Source of the DNA: an uncultured Deferribacteres bacterium
Lineage (GTDB): Bacteria > Zhuqueibacterota > Zhuqueibacteria > Zhuqueibacterales > Geothermadaptataceae
Length of the DNA stretch: 24,601 nt
Assembly: GCA_964014485.1 (NCBI GenBank)
Contig: CAXHAT010000120.1
Span: 1-24,601, forward strand
Direction: 5' to 3'
The notes under the pieces were generated by a model, which worked only from the letters and a program-made list of their open reading frames with translations, was not told the DNA's origin and searched no databases. The first letter of the stretch is position 1. Each line of letters starts with the position of its first letter. Made by a program: the position numbers and the translations under genes. Shown one piece after another: positions 1-9,120 of the stretch.

Positions 1-50
1 TACGAGATGCAAGGGAGTCTCGTGGGCTCGGAGATGTGTATAAGAGACAG
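1..50 (+). other. Illumina Nextera adapter contamination (P7 tail, i7 index, read-2 adapter, Tn5 mosaic end); not genomic
   Basis: TACGAGAT (1-8, end of P7), 8-nt index GCAAGGGA (9-16), GTCTCGTGGGCTCGG (17-31), mosaic end AGATGTGTATAAGAGACAG (32-50). Translates to the known artefact peptide SLVGSEMCIRDS. Confidence 0.99.
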
Positions 51-226
51 TTCAGGTGCTCAACGGGCGTTACGGTCCTTACATCACCGACGGCAAGAAA
101 AACGTCAAAATTCCAAAGGACAAAGAGCCAAAGGAATTGACGCAAGAAGAGTGCGAAGAATTGATCGCGGCTGCGCCAGAGAAAAAGGCGCGTGGACGCA
201 GAAAAACGGCAAAGCGGAAGTCATAA
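51..226 (+). CDS. topA: DNA topoisomerase I, C-terminal fragment (5' truncated at contig end)
   Basis: Frame from base 53 reads QVLNGRYGPYITDGKKNVKIPKDKEPKELTQEECEELIAAAPEKKARGRRKTAKRKS*. The GRYGPY topoisomerase C-terminal repeat and Lys/Arg-rich tail are typical of TopA. Stop TAA at 224-226. Not in the ORF track because no start codon is present. Confidence 0.88.
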
Positions 227-265
227 AAAAACATCTGCGGATAACGCGCACTACTCATAATAATT

Positions 266-332
266 TTGGAGTTCTGGATTTCTGGAACGATGGAAATCGG
301 GATTCCAGCGTTCCAATAATCCAGAGCTCCAA
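266..332. repeat. Intergenic long hairpin built from 8-nt periodic TGGAnnnn / TCCAnnnn units
   Basis: TGGA at 267, 275, 283, 291 and TCCA at 304, 312, 320, 328. 266-280 pairs with 318-332 (14/15) and 283-295 pairs with 303-315 (12/13). Confidence 0.85.
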
Positions 333-369
333 GACGAAACAGAAAACGTTAGCAACACTACGGTGAGCC

Positions 370-723
370 ATGCCTGAAGAAACGATTTTCAGCAAGCTTT
401 TGCGAAAAGAAATCCCCGCCGACATTGTCTACGAAGACGAACTGGTCACAGCGTTCCGCGACATTCAGCCCGCCGCGCCAACGCATGTTTTAATCATTCC
501 TAACAAGGCGATTCCCACAGTCAACGACGTTTCGAAAGAAGACGAACAAGTTTTGGGGCGCCTTTTTACCGCCGCGGCGAAAATCGCACAGGCGGAGGGA
601 ATCGCTGAAGACGGCTATCGGTTGATCGTCAATTGCAACAAGCATGGCGGTCAGGAGGTTTTCCATCTTCACATGCATATTGTCGGCGGAAGACCGCTTG
701 GCCGAATGTTGCAACGCCCATAG
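370..723 (+). CDS. hinT: Histidine triad (HIT) nucleotide-binding protein, HinT/PKCI family
   Basis: [32 protein letters not shown] and [16 protein letters not shown] (HxHxH triad). Confidence 0.95.
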   Translation: MPEETIFSKLLRKEIPADIVYEDELVTAFRDIQPAAPTHVLIIPNKAIPTVNDVSKEDEQVLGRLFTAAAKIAQAEGIAEDGYRLIVNCNKHGGQEVFHLHMHIVGGRPLGRMLQRP

Positions 724-823
724 CCGCAGCCCGCTTTTTAGCGATTCTTACATCTCTCGTTCGCTCATATTTAAGCCCCGGTTTTACGCGCTTTGGGCAA
801 CAAAGCGTTACAAATAAGCCAAG

Positions 824-1774
824 ATGAAAACGAATTTCAAAAAGATTCTTTTTCGACTGGCTGTTCTGCCCGCCGTGTGGATCATCAACTTTTCTTTGCT
901 CTACTTTAGCCCCGGCGACGCTACGAGTCGTTACTGGGGGCCGCAGACTTCCCAGAGCGCTCTCGCGCAAATGCGGGTAGAAAAAGGCCTCGACTTGGCT
1001 TATCCTGAGCAGTTGTTATTTTGGACGAATCGGCTGCTGCAGGGCGACCTGGGCTATTCTTGGACTTACCATCGCCCAGTACTCGCCGTTTTCGCGGACG
1101 TGCTGCCCGCCACGCTGCAGTTGACGACGGCTGCGCTCGTGCTCAATATTTTACTCGGCTCGTTCCTCGGCGTTGTGAGCGCGGTTTTCGCGGGTAGGCC
1201 GGGAGGCAAATTACTCGATTACCTCGGGCAAACGATCTACGCCGTCCCCCTTTTTCTCTTCGCAATGACTCTCATTTATATTTTCAGCATAAAACTGCAA
1301 TGGACGCCGGTCTCGGGGCTGCAATCCATACTCATGCCGGGCGATTCGGCGTTGCTGGATCGTATGCACCACCTTGCGCTTCCCGTCGCGGCGCTTGGCT
1401 TGGCGGGCGCCGTTCCGATTATGCGTTACGTCTCAGCAAACATGAAGGAAATTTTGCGCGAGCCGTACATTGTTTTGGCGCGAGCGAAGGGGCTTTCCAA
1501 AGCAAGAACTGTTTTGACGCACGCATTTCGAAATTCTCTGCTACCGATTATCACGCAAGTCGGGCTGGCCCTTCCAATTCTATTCAGCGGCGCGCTTGTC
1601 GTCGAGGTTATTTTTGCTCTGCCGGGTATGGGACGGGCGATTTACGAAGCAATTTTCGCGAAGGATTATCCGGTTATCCTGGCTGCGAATTTCATCACCG
1701 CCGTACTCATCATTTTTGGCAACCTTGCCGCCGACGCGGTGTACGGCTTGGTCGACCCGAAAACAAAGCATTAA
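824..1774 (+). CDS. Peptide/nickel ABC transporter permease (OppB/DppB-like)
   Basis: PGD motif, LQGDLGYS, LPATLQL, EAA-type loop YIVLARAKGLS..V...HAFRN, GALVVEVIFALPGMG, KDYPV, D.VYGLVDP. Multiple TM segments. Confidence 0.93.
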   Translation: MKTNFKKILFRLAVLPAVWIINFSLLYFSPGDATSRYWGPQTSQSALAQMRVEKGLDLAYPEQLLFWTNRLLQGDLGYSWTYHRPVLAVFADVLPATLQLTTAALVLNILLGSFLGVVSAVFAGRPGGKLLDYLGQTIYAVPLFLFAMTLIYIFSIKLQWTPVSGLQSILMPGDSALLDRMHHLALPVAALGLAGAVPIMRYVSANMKEILREPYIVLARAKGLSKARTVLTHAFRNSLLPIITQVGLALPILFSGALVVEVIFALPGMGRAIYEAIFAKDYPVILAANFITAVLIIFGNLAADAVYGLVDPKTKH

Positions 1775-1776
1775 GC

Positions 1777-2595
1777 ATGCTTCAATACTCTGAAAATAAC
1801 AATAAACGTAAGCGCGGTTTTGTTCTTTTATTTTTCATTATGCTCATTGCATTGCTGGCGCCGCAGCTCACGACCTTTGCTCCGGAAGCGCAGATTGACG
1901 CAGCGGAAAATCACCTGCAAGCGCCGTCTTTACAACATTTTTTTGGCACTGATCAGTTGGGGAGAGACGTTTTCAGCCGCACACTGCACGGGGGGCGACT
2001 TTCGCTTCTTATCAGCGTAAGCGTCATGATGCTGGCAACCATTTTGGGGGCGCTGTACGGCGCCGTTTCCGCCTACCAGGGCGGAATGCTCGACAATATT
2101 ATGATGCGTTTGCTCGATGCGTTTCTGGCCTTCCCCCTCCTATTCTTGCTCGCAGCTTGCATCGCCTTGTTCGGCAACGCAGTGCAATGGCTGATTATCG
2201 TGCTTTCTCTAACGGCGTGGATGGACATTGCCAGGTTGGTCAGAGCCGAGGTTAGATCACTCAAAGCCCGGCATTTCATTTTACGAGCGCAAGCTCTCGG
2301 GTTGGCGCGTCTTCGAATTCTTTTTGTTCACATTTTGCCAAGCGTCGCGCCCACGATTATCGCGGCGGGCGTGTTGCGCGCCGCGGATATCATGCTCATC
2401 GAATCGACGCTCAGTTTTCTTGGCATTGGCGTGCAACCGCCGGCGGCTTCCTGGGGCGGGATATTGAAAGACGCGCGAATATACCTTGACCAAGCCTGGT
2501 GGATGGCGTTTTTCCCCGCTCTCGCCATTGTTGTAACAATCTGGAGTCTCCATTCAATTGGAGAAAGCTTTCAGCCGAAAGAGTTACGTAGATAG
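1777..2595 (+). CDS. Peptide/nickel ABC transporter permease (OppC/DppC-like)
   Basis: PSLQHFFGTDQLGRDVFSR, ARLVRAEV, ESTLSFLGIGVQPP.ASWG, WWMAFFP. The likely ATG is at 1777, 2 nt after the upstream stop; the 1300 start in the ORF track overlaps the previous gene. Confidence 0.92.
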   Translation: MLQYSENNNKRKRGFVLLFFIMLIALLAPQLTTFAPEAQIDAAENHLQAPSLQHFFGTDQLGRDVFSRTLHGGRLSLLISVSVMMLATILGALYGAVSAYQGGMLDNIMMRLLDAFLAFPLLFLLAACIALFGNAVQWLIIVLSLTAWMDIARLVRAEVRSLKARHFILRAQALGLARLRILFVHILPSVAPTIIAAGVLRAADIMLIESTLSFLGIGVQPPAASWGGILKDARIYLDQAWWMAFFPALAIVVTIWSLHSIGESFQPKELRR

Positions 2596-2686
2596 CTCCG
2601 CAAATCGTTTTCCAACCCTTTCCTGCCAATACTCGTTAAGAGTCTGCCCTAAAGCTCAAGACTTTTCATTCGAAGGTATTTAAAAT

Positions 2687-2714
2687 GTAGGGGTTCAAAA
2701 TTTTGAACCCCTAC
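2687..2714. repeat. Perfect 28-bp palindrome, GTAG-type REP-like element between convergent genes (possible bidirectional terminator)
   Basis: GTAGGGGTTCAAAATTTTGAACCCCTAC is its own reverse complement and has the GTAG...CTAC ends seen in RAYT-associated REPs. Confidence 0.85.
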
Positions 2715-2820
2715 TAAATGTCGTATGAAACTTTACAAATTTTTACAATCAACCGCTGAAGCGCTTGGACTCCAGAGCTTTTGAAAATTTGCTAACTCGC
2801 CGTCAGGGCGCTTCACGATC

Positions 2821-5800
2821 CTATTTCACCAAAATCATCTTTTTCGTTGCTTGAAAACTCTGCTCGCCTTCGACTGAAATATTATAAAAATAGACTCCGG
2901 AGCCGAAGCGCGTCATGTCGGCGACGGCTTCGTAATAACCCGCGTCGCGCTCCGCATTCTCTTCCAAAATCAAAGCCTGCCGACCAGTAACGTCAAAAAC
3001 TTTGAGCGTGACTTGGCCGCCAAAGGGCAAAGAATAACGAATCCTCGTGCTGGGGTTGAAAGGGTTCGGATAATTTTGGCTGAGGACAAAAACTTCAGGG
3101 ACGCCGAGAAATCCGTTCGTTTCTTCATTGATAAACGAATTGTGGCCGACGAGAACGGTTAACATTTTCGAAGCGGCGCCTTCAGGGAGCCGGAAAGCGC
3201 GTCGGGGTTCCTTTCGCAAGTCATGTTTGATCTTGGCCGCTTCGTCCACAAGAATAATATGAAATTCTTCCGGGACGTTTTCCAAATGCTTAAACTCCAC
3301 ATGCACGGCGTGCGTCGGTTCGCCGGAGATCTCAAAATCCCAGCGCAAGCCATCTGAAAAAACCGCCCTGACGTCGGCAGTCAATTCCGCCGGCTTTTCC
3401 CAATCTTTATGCGGGAAAACCAGCCCGACCCCGCTCTGCACGAAAGGCGGGTCAAACCAATCGTTTCCATCCAGCCCGTCCTTGGCTTCTGCACGAACGC
3501 CAAAGTAGTTCATTTCATCAGACTGTTCCTGGCTCGTTGCGATGATCTGCACAAGCCATTCGCCTGGCAGTAAATCGCTCCAAAGCTTTTGCTCGTTCGG
3601 CGATTCAATGGAATTATTCAGCGTTTTGGGTCCATCGCGTCTTTGTGAAACTGCGGGGAGATCAAACGCCAACTCTCGTTCAATCCCAGGCTGATTTTCA
3701 GAAACTGTATTCTCTGGAAGAGCGTTGATCCGCATGACTCGCCTGCCTGATTCTTCGTCCCGCTTCAAAACGCTTCCTTGAAGAGCTTGAGCCTGAATCG
3801 CGGCCATACCGGCAATTTTGCTCCCGACCTTTGCGGCCGCCGGTCGGAAGGGATCCTCGGCGTCGGCAAAAACGATCGTGTCCGCCTGGTTCGACCAAAT
3901 AAACAATCCGCCCCAAGCGTTCAGAGCAACGTCCGGCGTGTTTTGCGGATTTTTCCAGTTGCCGTCATACAGCCAAATCTGTCCCGCAACGGCCTCATCG
4001 TTCAATTTGACGCTGTCGCTCTTGTACATCAATTGTCCCAGCGCAATACGCGTGTTGTAGGGGTTGCCAATCAGCGTCCAATCGTTGGCTCGCAGGCGCC
4101 AGCCCGGGATGGTTCCCATAACGCCGGCGGAGGTCGGCACGGTGGCGCTGGCCGCGCTGTTTGTTAGCGAACCGCCTTCACGGCGAATCATGAAGTATGC
4201 GGAGCCGGTTTGCATCTCAACGCCGTCGCCTTCCGTCCAAAAATCATCGCCGTCGTAGGAATAAAAAAACCACTTGCCGCGCCTGCCGTACTTGCCCAAA
4301 TCTTTGAAAACGTCAGCAGCGATTGGCTGGCCTTGTAAGTCAAACGGCGCCGAAACCATGCGATAGCCTTGCGCGCTGGTTTCTGCCGGTAAACTGACGG
4401 AATTGCCAAACTCGCCGGATTCAGCGTTTACCGAAACGGAATGGAAGGACAAAGAGCCGTCGCGCAGAGAGTCGCTGTTGCCCGCCGCATCGGTCACAAT
4501 AATCCGATAGTCCAGGCCGCCGCTCGTCACAAAGCCGCCGTCAATTTCTACGTCAATGCCGCCGTCAACATCTTCGAAAAAGAAGAACGAGCGCCTGGGA
4601 TCCCATGCCTGGCCGGGTCGGCGCAGGCGAAACGTGATGCTCTCCATGTTTTCTTCCGATACTGAAAACGATACCGTCACCGGCTGCCCGATTCTGGCGT
4701 TTGCGGGGGCGGCGTGCTGATCGAACTGCGGCGTTGTTTGGTCGAGGATCAGGCGGCGAAATCCAACGTCGGACAAATTCCAGGAATGATCTCTCGTTTG
4801 CGCATAGATGATTTTCTGACCGTCTCCTTCCGAAAGCTCAAAATTCGGTCGTTCGAAACTCACCTCATCGTCGAAAGGAATCCAATCGACATCTTCAAAA
4901 TTTTCATCTTCAGAAAAACGCATGAAATCAGGAACGTCTCTGTCGCCGTCGTTTGCTTCGATGAAGTAGCGCACGTCTCTGGAATTGGTAAAATCAAAAT
5001 TATTAAATCCTTGACCTCCGGCAATCTCAAAATATTCAATATCAGGATTTGTGACGTCCAATTCCTGCGTGAAGACGCCTTCCAACGTTGACAGCACAAG
5101 TTGGTTTGTACTCTCCATGTAAAAAATATCACGAGTATTGAAATCGGTCAAACCCGTATTCAGCGGAAACCATTGCGTGAGATCAAATTTTTCGCTGCGA
5201 AAAATGCCGTCGCCTTCGGTTGCAACGTAGACCACGCTGTCAAGCACAAAAATCTTGCGAATATCCTTGTCGTCCATCCGCACGTGATCAACGTCTTCTT
5301 CATCGACCAAAGACCATTCGAAACCGTCTCCTGTGTAAATCAAGCCTTGATCGTCGCCGTCAACGCCGGTGACCCCGCCCGATCCGGCAAGCAGCAAGTC
5401 GTTTCCGCCGATGACAGCGAACTGGTCGATGCGGGAGCCTTGCTCATCTGCATACGGCAAGTCCAGTTTTTGCCAGCCGGTCATGCCGTCCTCACTGACA
5501 AAAATCCCGTTTTCATCCGTCCCGACGAAGATGTTACCTTGAAATTGTGCAATCGCTGTTACTGTGACGCCCTCTAATTCGCCCGGAACCTGTTCCCAAG
5601 CTTCCCCTGTTTCGCTAAAATAAAGCCCGGCGTCTCCGAACCGCACGCCCGCCCAAAAGCCCAAACCGTTAACCTCAAGCATTGTTTGGACGTTGCCCGA
5701 GTTAGCGTCCAAAACATGTATCCAGTTGTCTTCACCGCTATCGGTGCTCAAGTAAATGCCATTATTGGTTAGGGCAAAAACCCGGTTTTCATCTTCTCTG

Positions 5801-7374
5801 GCTTCCTGGGTGTCGCCCGGAATTATCAGCCGCGTGACGCTCACACTGTCCAAGCTGCTCTGAGTCCAGTTTAGGCCGTCGCGACTGCGCCAAATCCCGC
5901 TGTCATCGCCGAATTCAACGCCTAAAACAAACCAATCTTGATCAAACTGATAGATGAGTGTTGATACTTCGCCTTCGATTTTCGTCACGGATCGTTCCCA
6001 CGTCTCCCCGCCGTCCAGACTGCGAAAAACACCGGAGCCGTAGGCGTGTAAAGTACGATCATTAGAAATCTCAACGCCTCGCATTGCCACAAAAGTCGCT
6101 TGGCGCGCCGTCGGAAACCAAACTGGCGCGCCTGACGGAGCGCGAAACAATCCATTCTGAAGCGTGCCTGCATACACGTCCTGACCGTCGCGATTTGCAG
6201 CAAGGGCGGTCACATGCGTCCCCGCCAGCGGCGCTTCAGCTTCAACCCACTCAATATTTTCCAAACCGTCTTCGAAATCAACAACTCTGACGGCGCCGTC
6301 GCCTTCCGTACCCATGAATAGAAACGGATCCACCTCATGTAGATCGGAAATAAAGGCGGTCACCGGAGAGTTTGTCGTGTTCATGAAGTCCCAAGTTTGC
6401 CCGTCATGAGACGTATATATCCCATCGTCCTGATCCTCGGCTCGCAACGTAAGCGCCAACAATGAGTCCTGGAAAACTTGCGTGATATAAGGAACGCCGC
6501 CGAAATCCAGCGGTTGTCCGTCCGCTTTGCTTGGGTTTTGCCAAAAGGCGTCATCGTCGCTGGCCCGAAAGAGTCCGTTTTCCCGCGTGCCTGCGTAGAC
6601 AAAACCATTGAGGTGATGCAGTGCGTCAATTCGCGTGCCCTGAAGCGTCCATTCCCAAACTTCTCCGCTGTGATCGCTAATAAACACCCCGAATTCATCT
6701 GGTTCCTCGCCGAAAAACGCGCCGCGATTCGGCAGTTCTCCACCTGTTGCAGCATAAATTCTTGTCTCTGAAACTTCAAGACTGGTGACGATTCTCCCTT
6801 CCATCTCAGGAATGGTTTCCCAGTTTTGCCCCTCGTCAAAACTGACATATAACCCGAAAACGGGGTCGGAAATATCCTCGATATCATCGATTTTTATCCC
6901 CCCGGCATAAAGCGCGTCGCCGACGCTCGCAATGGAAAGGGCTGTTTTGTCTTGCATCTCTCCCTCAACGCGAACCCAGCTTTCGCCGTCATCATCGGAA
7001 CGGTACAATCCGGCCAATTCAGGGCTTTCAAAATTGGTCACGGAGACAAAAATAATGTCGTCCACTTTGAAGAGCGTCATCACGTTGACGTCATTCAGTT
7101 GCTCATTGTCCGCAAACTCCCAGGATACGCCGCCGTCCGTGGAACGAAAAAGACCCGTAGAAACGTTGGACTCCGTACCTCGAGTTCCAAGGTGCAGCAG
7201 GAGGGGGTTTTCCACATCCGCCAGAATACCGGTGACTTCAGCATGAAACTGAGGTCCATGGCTTTCCCAAACGCCTGCGGGTCTTTCATCCTGGCCCATG
7301 ACAGGCGTTTGGGTAAAACAAAAGCTCGCTACGACGATCATTACCAGAATTTGGTGACAACGCCTACTTCTCAT
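2821..7374 (-). CDS. Large secreted protein: Asp-box/BNR beta-propellers, Ig-like domains and a C-terminal T9SS-type/FlgD-Ig sorting tail
   Basis: Signal peptide; repeated S-x-D-x-G-x-x-W boxes (STDGGVSW, SDDDGESW, SFDEGQNW, SLDGGETW); C-terminus LSQNYPNPFNPSTRIRYSLP..VTLKVFDVTGR..SGVYFY..KKMILVK. ATG at 7374 is preceded by GGAGG (ORF track start is 7431). Confidence 0.85.
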   Translation of the reverse strand: MRSRRCHQILVMIVVASFCFTQTPVMGQDERPAGVWESHGPQFHAEVTGILADVENPLLLHLGTRGTESNVSTGLFRSTDGGVSWEFADNEQLNDVNVMTLFKVDDIIFVSVTNFESPELAGLYRSDDDGESWVRVEGEMQDKTALSIASVGDALYAGGIKIDDIEDISDPVFGLYVSFDEGQNWETIPEMEGRIVTSLEVSETRIYAATGGELPNRGAFFGEEPDEFGVFISDHSGEVWEWTLQGTRIDALHHLNGFVYAGTRENGLFRASDDDAFWQNPSKADGQPLDFGGVPYITQVFQDSLLALTLRAEDQDDGIYTSHDGQTWDFMNTTNSPVTAFISDLHEVDPFLFMGTEGDGAVRVVDFEDGLENIEWVEAEAPLAGTHVTALAANRDGQDVYAGTLQNGLFRAPSGAPVWFPTARQATFVAMRGVEISNDRTLHAYGSGVFRSLDGGETWERSVTKIEGEVSTLIYQFDQDWFVLGVEFGDDSGIWRSRDGLNWTQSSLDSVSVTRLIIPGDTQEAREDENRVFALTNNGIYLSTDSGEDNWIHVLDANSGNVQTMLEVNGLGFWAGVRFGDAGLYFSETGEAWEQVPGELEGVTVTAIAQFQGNIFVGTDENGIFVSEDGMTGWQKLDLPYADEQGSRIDQFAVIGGNDLLLAGSGGVTGVDGDDQGLIYTGDGFEWSLVDEEDVDHVRMDDKDIRKIFVLDSVVYVATEGDGIFRSEKFDLTQWFPLNTGLTDFNTRDIFYMESTNQLVLSTLEGVFTQELDVTNPDIEYFEIAGGQGFNNFDFTNSRDVRYFIEANDGDRDVPDFMRFSEDENFEDVDWIPFDDEVSFERPNFELSEGDGQKIIYAQTRDHSWNLSDVGFRRLILDQTTPQFDQHAAPANARIGQPVTVSFSVSEENMESITFRLRRPGQAWDPRRSFFFFEDVDGGIDVEIDGGFVTSGGLDYRIIVTDAAGNSDSLRDGSLSFHSVSVNAESGEFGNSVSLPAETSAQGYRMVSAPFDLQGQPIAADVFKDLGKYGRRGKWFFYSYDGDDFWTEGDGVEMQTGSAYFMIRREGGSLTNSAASATVPTSAGVMGTIPGWRLRANDWTLIGNPYNTRIALGQLMYKSDSVKLNDEAVAGQIWLYDGNWKNPQNTPDVALNAWGGLFIWSNQADTIVFADAEDPFRPAAAKVGSKIAGMAAIQAQALQGSVLKRDEESGRRVMRINALPENTVSENQPGIERELAFDLPAVSQRRDGPKTLNNSIESPNEQKLWSDLLPGEWLVQIIATSQEQSDEMNYFGVRAEAKDGLDGNDWFDPPFVQSGVGLVFPHKDWEKPAELTADVRAVFSDGLRWDFEISGEPTHAVHVEFKHLENVPEEFHIILVDEAAKIKHDLRKEPRRAFRLPEGAASKMLTVLVGHNSFINEETNGFLGVPEVFVLSQNYPNPFNPSTRIRYSLPFGGQVTLKVFDVTGRQALILEENAERDAGYYEAVADMTRFGSGVYFYNISVEGEQSFQATKKMILVK

Positions 7375-7656
7375 TTCATTCCTCCGTGATAAACCCCAAA
7401 AGACCGAGACTTTCTTGTCCCGGCTGATCATGGAATCTCGCTGTTCTTTACTTCCAGTCCGGCCAAATGGTCTCCATGTGTGAGGTTACGCTTCGCACAC
7501 GGTTGAAGAAACCCGATGCATCGCGCCTCTACAATATGGCCTTGTTTCACGAGAATCATTTTTTCATCAACTGAAAACTATAAATCTACACGAGTTTGGG
7601 AGCTGGAAGTCCCGGTTCATTTTGCGTTCAGGATTGGAAATCCTAAACGATCTGGG

Positions 7657-9105
7657 CTATTGCGTTCCTTCGCCAGGAGTAAAAGGCGGATCGGAAAGAG
7701 CTACCGGCGGCTTGAGAACGTTGTACAGTACAAACCCACTCGCCGTCATCGTTGTAGCGCCGACAGGCAAAATCCAGCTCTTGTTTTTTGACCAATAGGA
7801 CGGCTTTTCCAGAAACTCCCATTTTTCAGCAAACTCGACTTTTTTGAGCTTGTCAGCGAGATATTTCAAAATGGTGTCGATGTTATTTGCGACCGATAGA
7901 TTGCTCTCTTGCAATCCGGTCTTGAGATTGATCCCGACGACTTCACCGTTTTTGTTAAACAACGGCCCGCCGCTGTCGCCACTTTCCAGTTGCAAATCGG
8001 TCTCGAGAAACTGTCCTTCAAGATTATCGCCGCGAATATAGCCCTGCTTCGATTGAAAGTAATCGTCCAGCGACTGCGAACGTCCGACATTGGCCACCGC
8101 TTCCGTCGAATCGGCGTAGTTTTTCTTGAAACGATTGAAGTACTTCGGCGCCCAGAAAATGACCGGCTTGATCGGCGGGCAATCTTCTTCCACGATGACA
8201 ATCGCCAGGTCGAGATTTGCGTCCCCGCTGCCTGCCAACGGTTTCGCAATCAGACCGCTTTCTTCATATCCGGCGAAATTGATGCTGAATTCTTCTTCGT
8301 CTTCGACGACATGGTTGGCGGTCAAAAGATAGCCGACGTCATTTTTGTCTCGTGCGATGAAAAAACCCGTCCCAGGCTTGCCCGTCTCCAAAACGGCGGA
8401 ACTGGCGCGTATTTTTTCGATGGCGTACTGCGACGGATAAACTTCGTCCCACGTCGGGTAAAGATCGAGCGCGGCGGCGGCAAAAGTTTTGGCCGCGAAT
8501 TCTATAAGTGCTGAAATCGACGTTGCGTTTTGGCTGCTGCCGTCATTCCGGCTGGTGATCATGCCCAAAGTTTTGCCTGAAGCGTCAAATATGGGCAGAC
8601 CGCTCGTCGGCGCCGGCAGTGAACCGGTGACCTGAAAAGAGCCGTCGTCAGCCGAAAAGCCGGAAGCTTGTACGCTGGTCAGCGACTGGTTAGCGCCGAG
8701 CGTACGCAGTGCAGAGCTTACGGCTTGATCAGGCTGAGGGTGTTTTGTAATGGGAAGGAGATTTTTAATCGGCATTTTAACGTTGTAAAGCGCAACGCCA
8801 AGCGCTTCATCGGCTCCGAGCTTCTCCGCTTCGTAGGTTTTGCTCTTTCCGTCCAACGATTGGTAGGTCAATTTTACGTCCAGCCCCACCGAAAGCGTGT
8901 TCGGCGCGAGCAGGTAAACGTATTTTTTGCTGCGCGCTCCGGCGACGTACATGCCGTACGCCTGATTGGTTCCGTCACTCAACAATGCGTAGCTGGTTTC
9001 GATTCTTTGGTAAATTTCCGCATCGGAATTACCAGAATCTTGCGCCAACAACGGTGCGGCAATGAACATGAGCGCCAATCCAAAACGGATGCGTATTTTC
9101 AACAT
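7657..9105 (-). CDS. Exported trypsin-like (S1) serine protease with a degenerate N-terminal trypsin copy and a C-terminal hydrophobic anchor
   Basis: Signal peptide ending LLA/QD. The C-terminal domain has GTGFFI, LTANHVV, DLAI and GDSGGPL (intact triad). The N-terminal copy has PTSGLPIF but no His or Asp. Start is ATG 9105 or GTG 9114. Confidence 0.85.
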   Translation of the reverse strand: MLKIRIRFGLALMFIAAPLLAQDSGNSDAEIYQRIETSYALLSDGTNQAYGMYVAGARSKKYVYLLAPNTLSVGLDVKLTYQSLDGKSKTYEAEKLGADEALGVALYNVKMPIKNLLPITKHPQPDQAVSSALRTLGANQSLTSVQASGFSADDGSFQVTGSLPAPTSGLPIFDASGKTLGMITSRNDGSSQNATSISALIEFAAKTFAAAALDLYPTWDEVYPSQYAIEKIRASSAVLETGKPGTGFFIARDKNDVGYLLTANHVVEDEEEFSINFAGYEESGLIAKPLAGSGDANLDLAIVIVEEDCPPIKPVIFWAPKYFNRFKKNYADSTEAVANVGRSQSLDDYFQSKQGYIRGDNLEGQFLETDLQLESGDSGGPLFNKNGEVVGINLKTGLQESNLSVANNIDTILKYLADKLKKVEFAEKWEFLEKPSYWSKNKSWILPVGATTMTASGFVLYNVLKPPVALSDPPFTPGEGTQ

Positions 9106-9120
9106 TTTGCTCACCCTTTC

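Noticed and set aside
32..50. Tn5/IS50 mosaic end as a genuine transposon end
   Set aside because: It is embedded in P7, index and read-2 adapter sequence, so it is a library artefact.
7..366. 119-aa ORF MQGSLVGSEMCIRDS...
   Set aside because: It starts in adapter sequence and is out of frame with the real topA C-terminus.
1300..1776. N-terminal extension of the 431-aa ORF
   Set aside because: It overlaps the OppB-like gene in another frame; permease similarity starts only at ATG 1777.
824..2595. ABC permeases without ATPase or binding-protein genes as an anomaly
   Set aside because: Split Opp/Dpp loci are common, and the other subunits are probably elsewhere in the genome.
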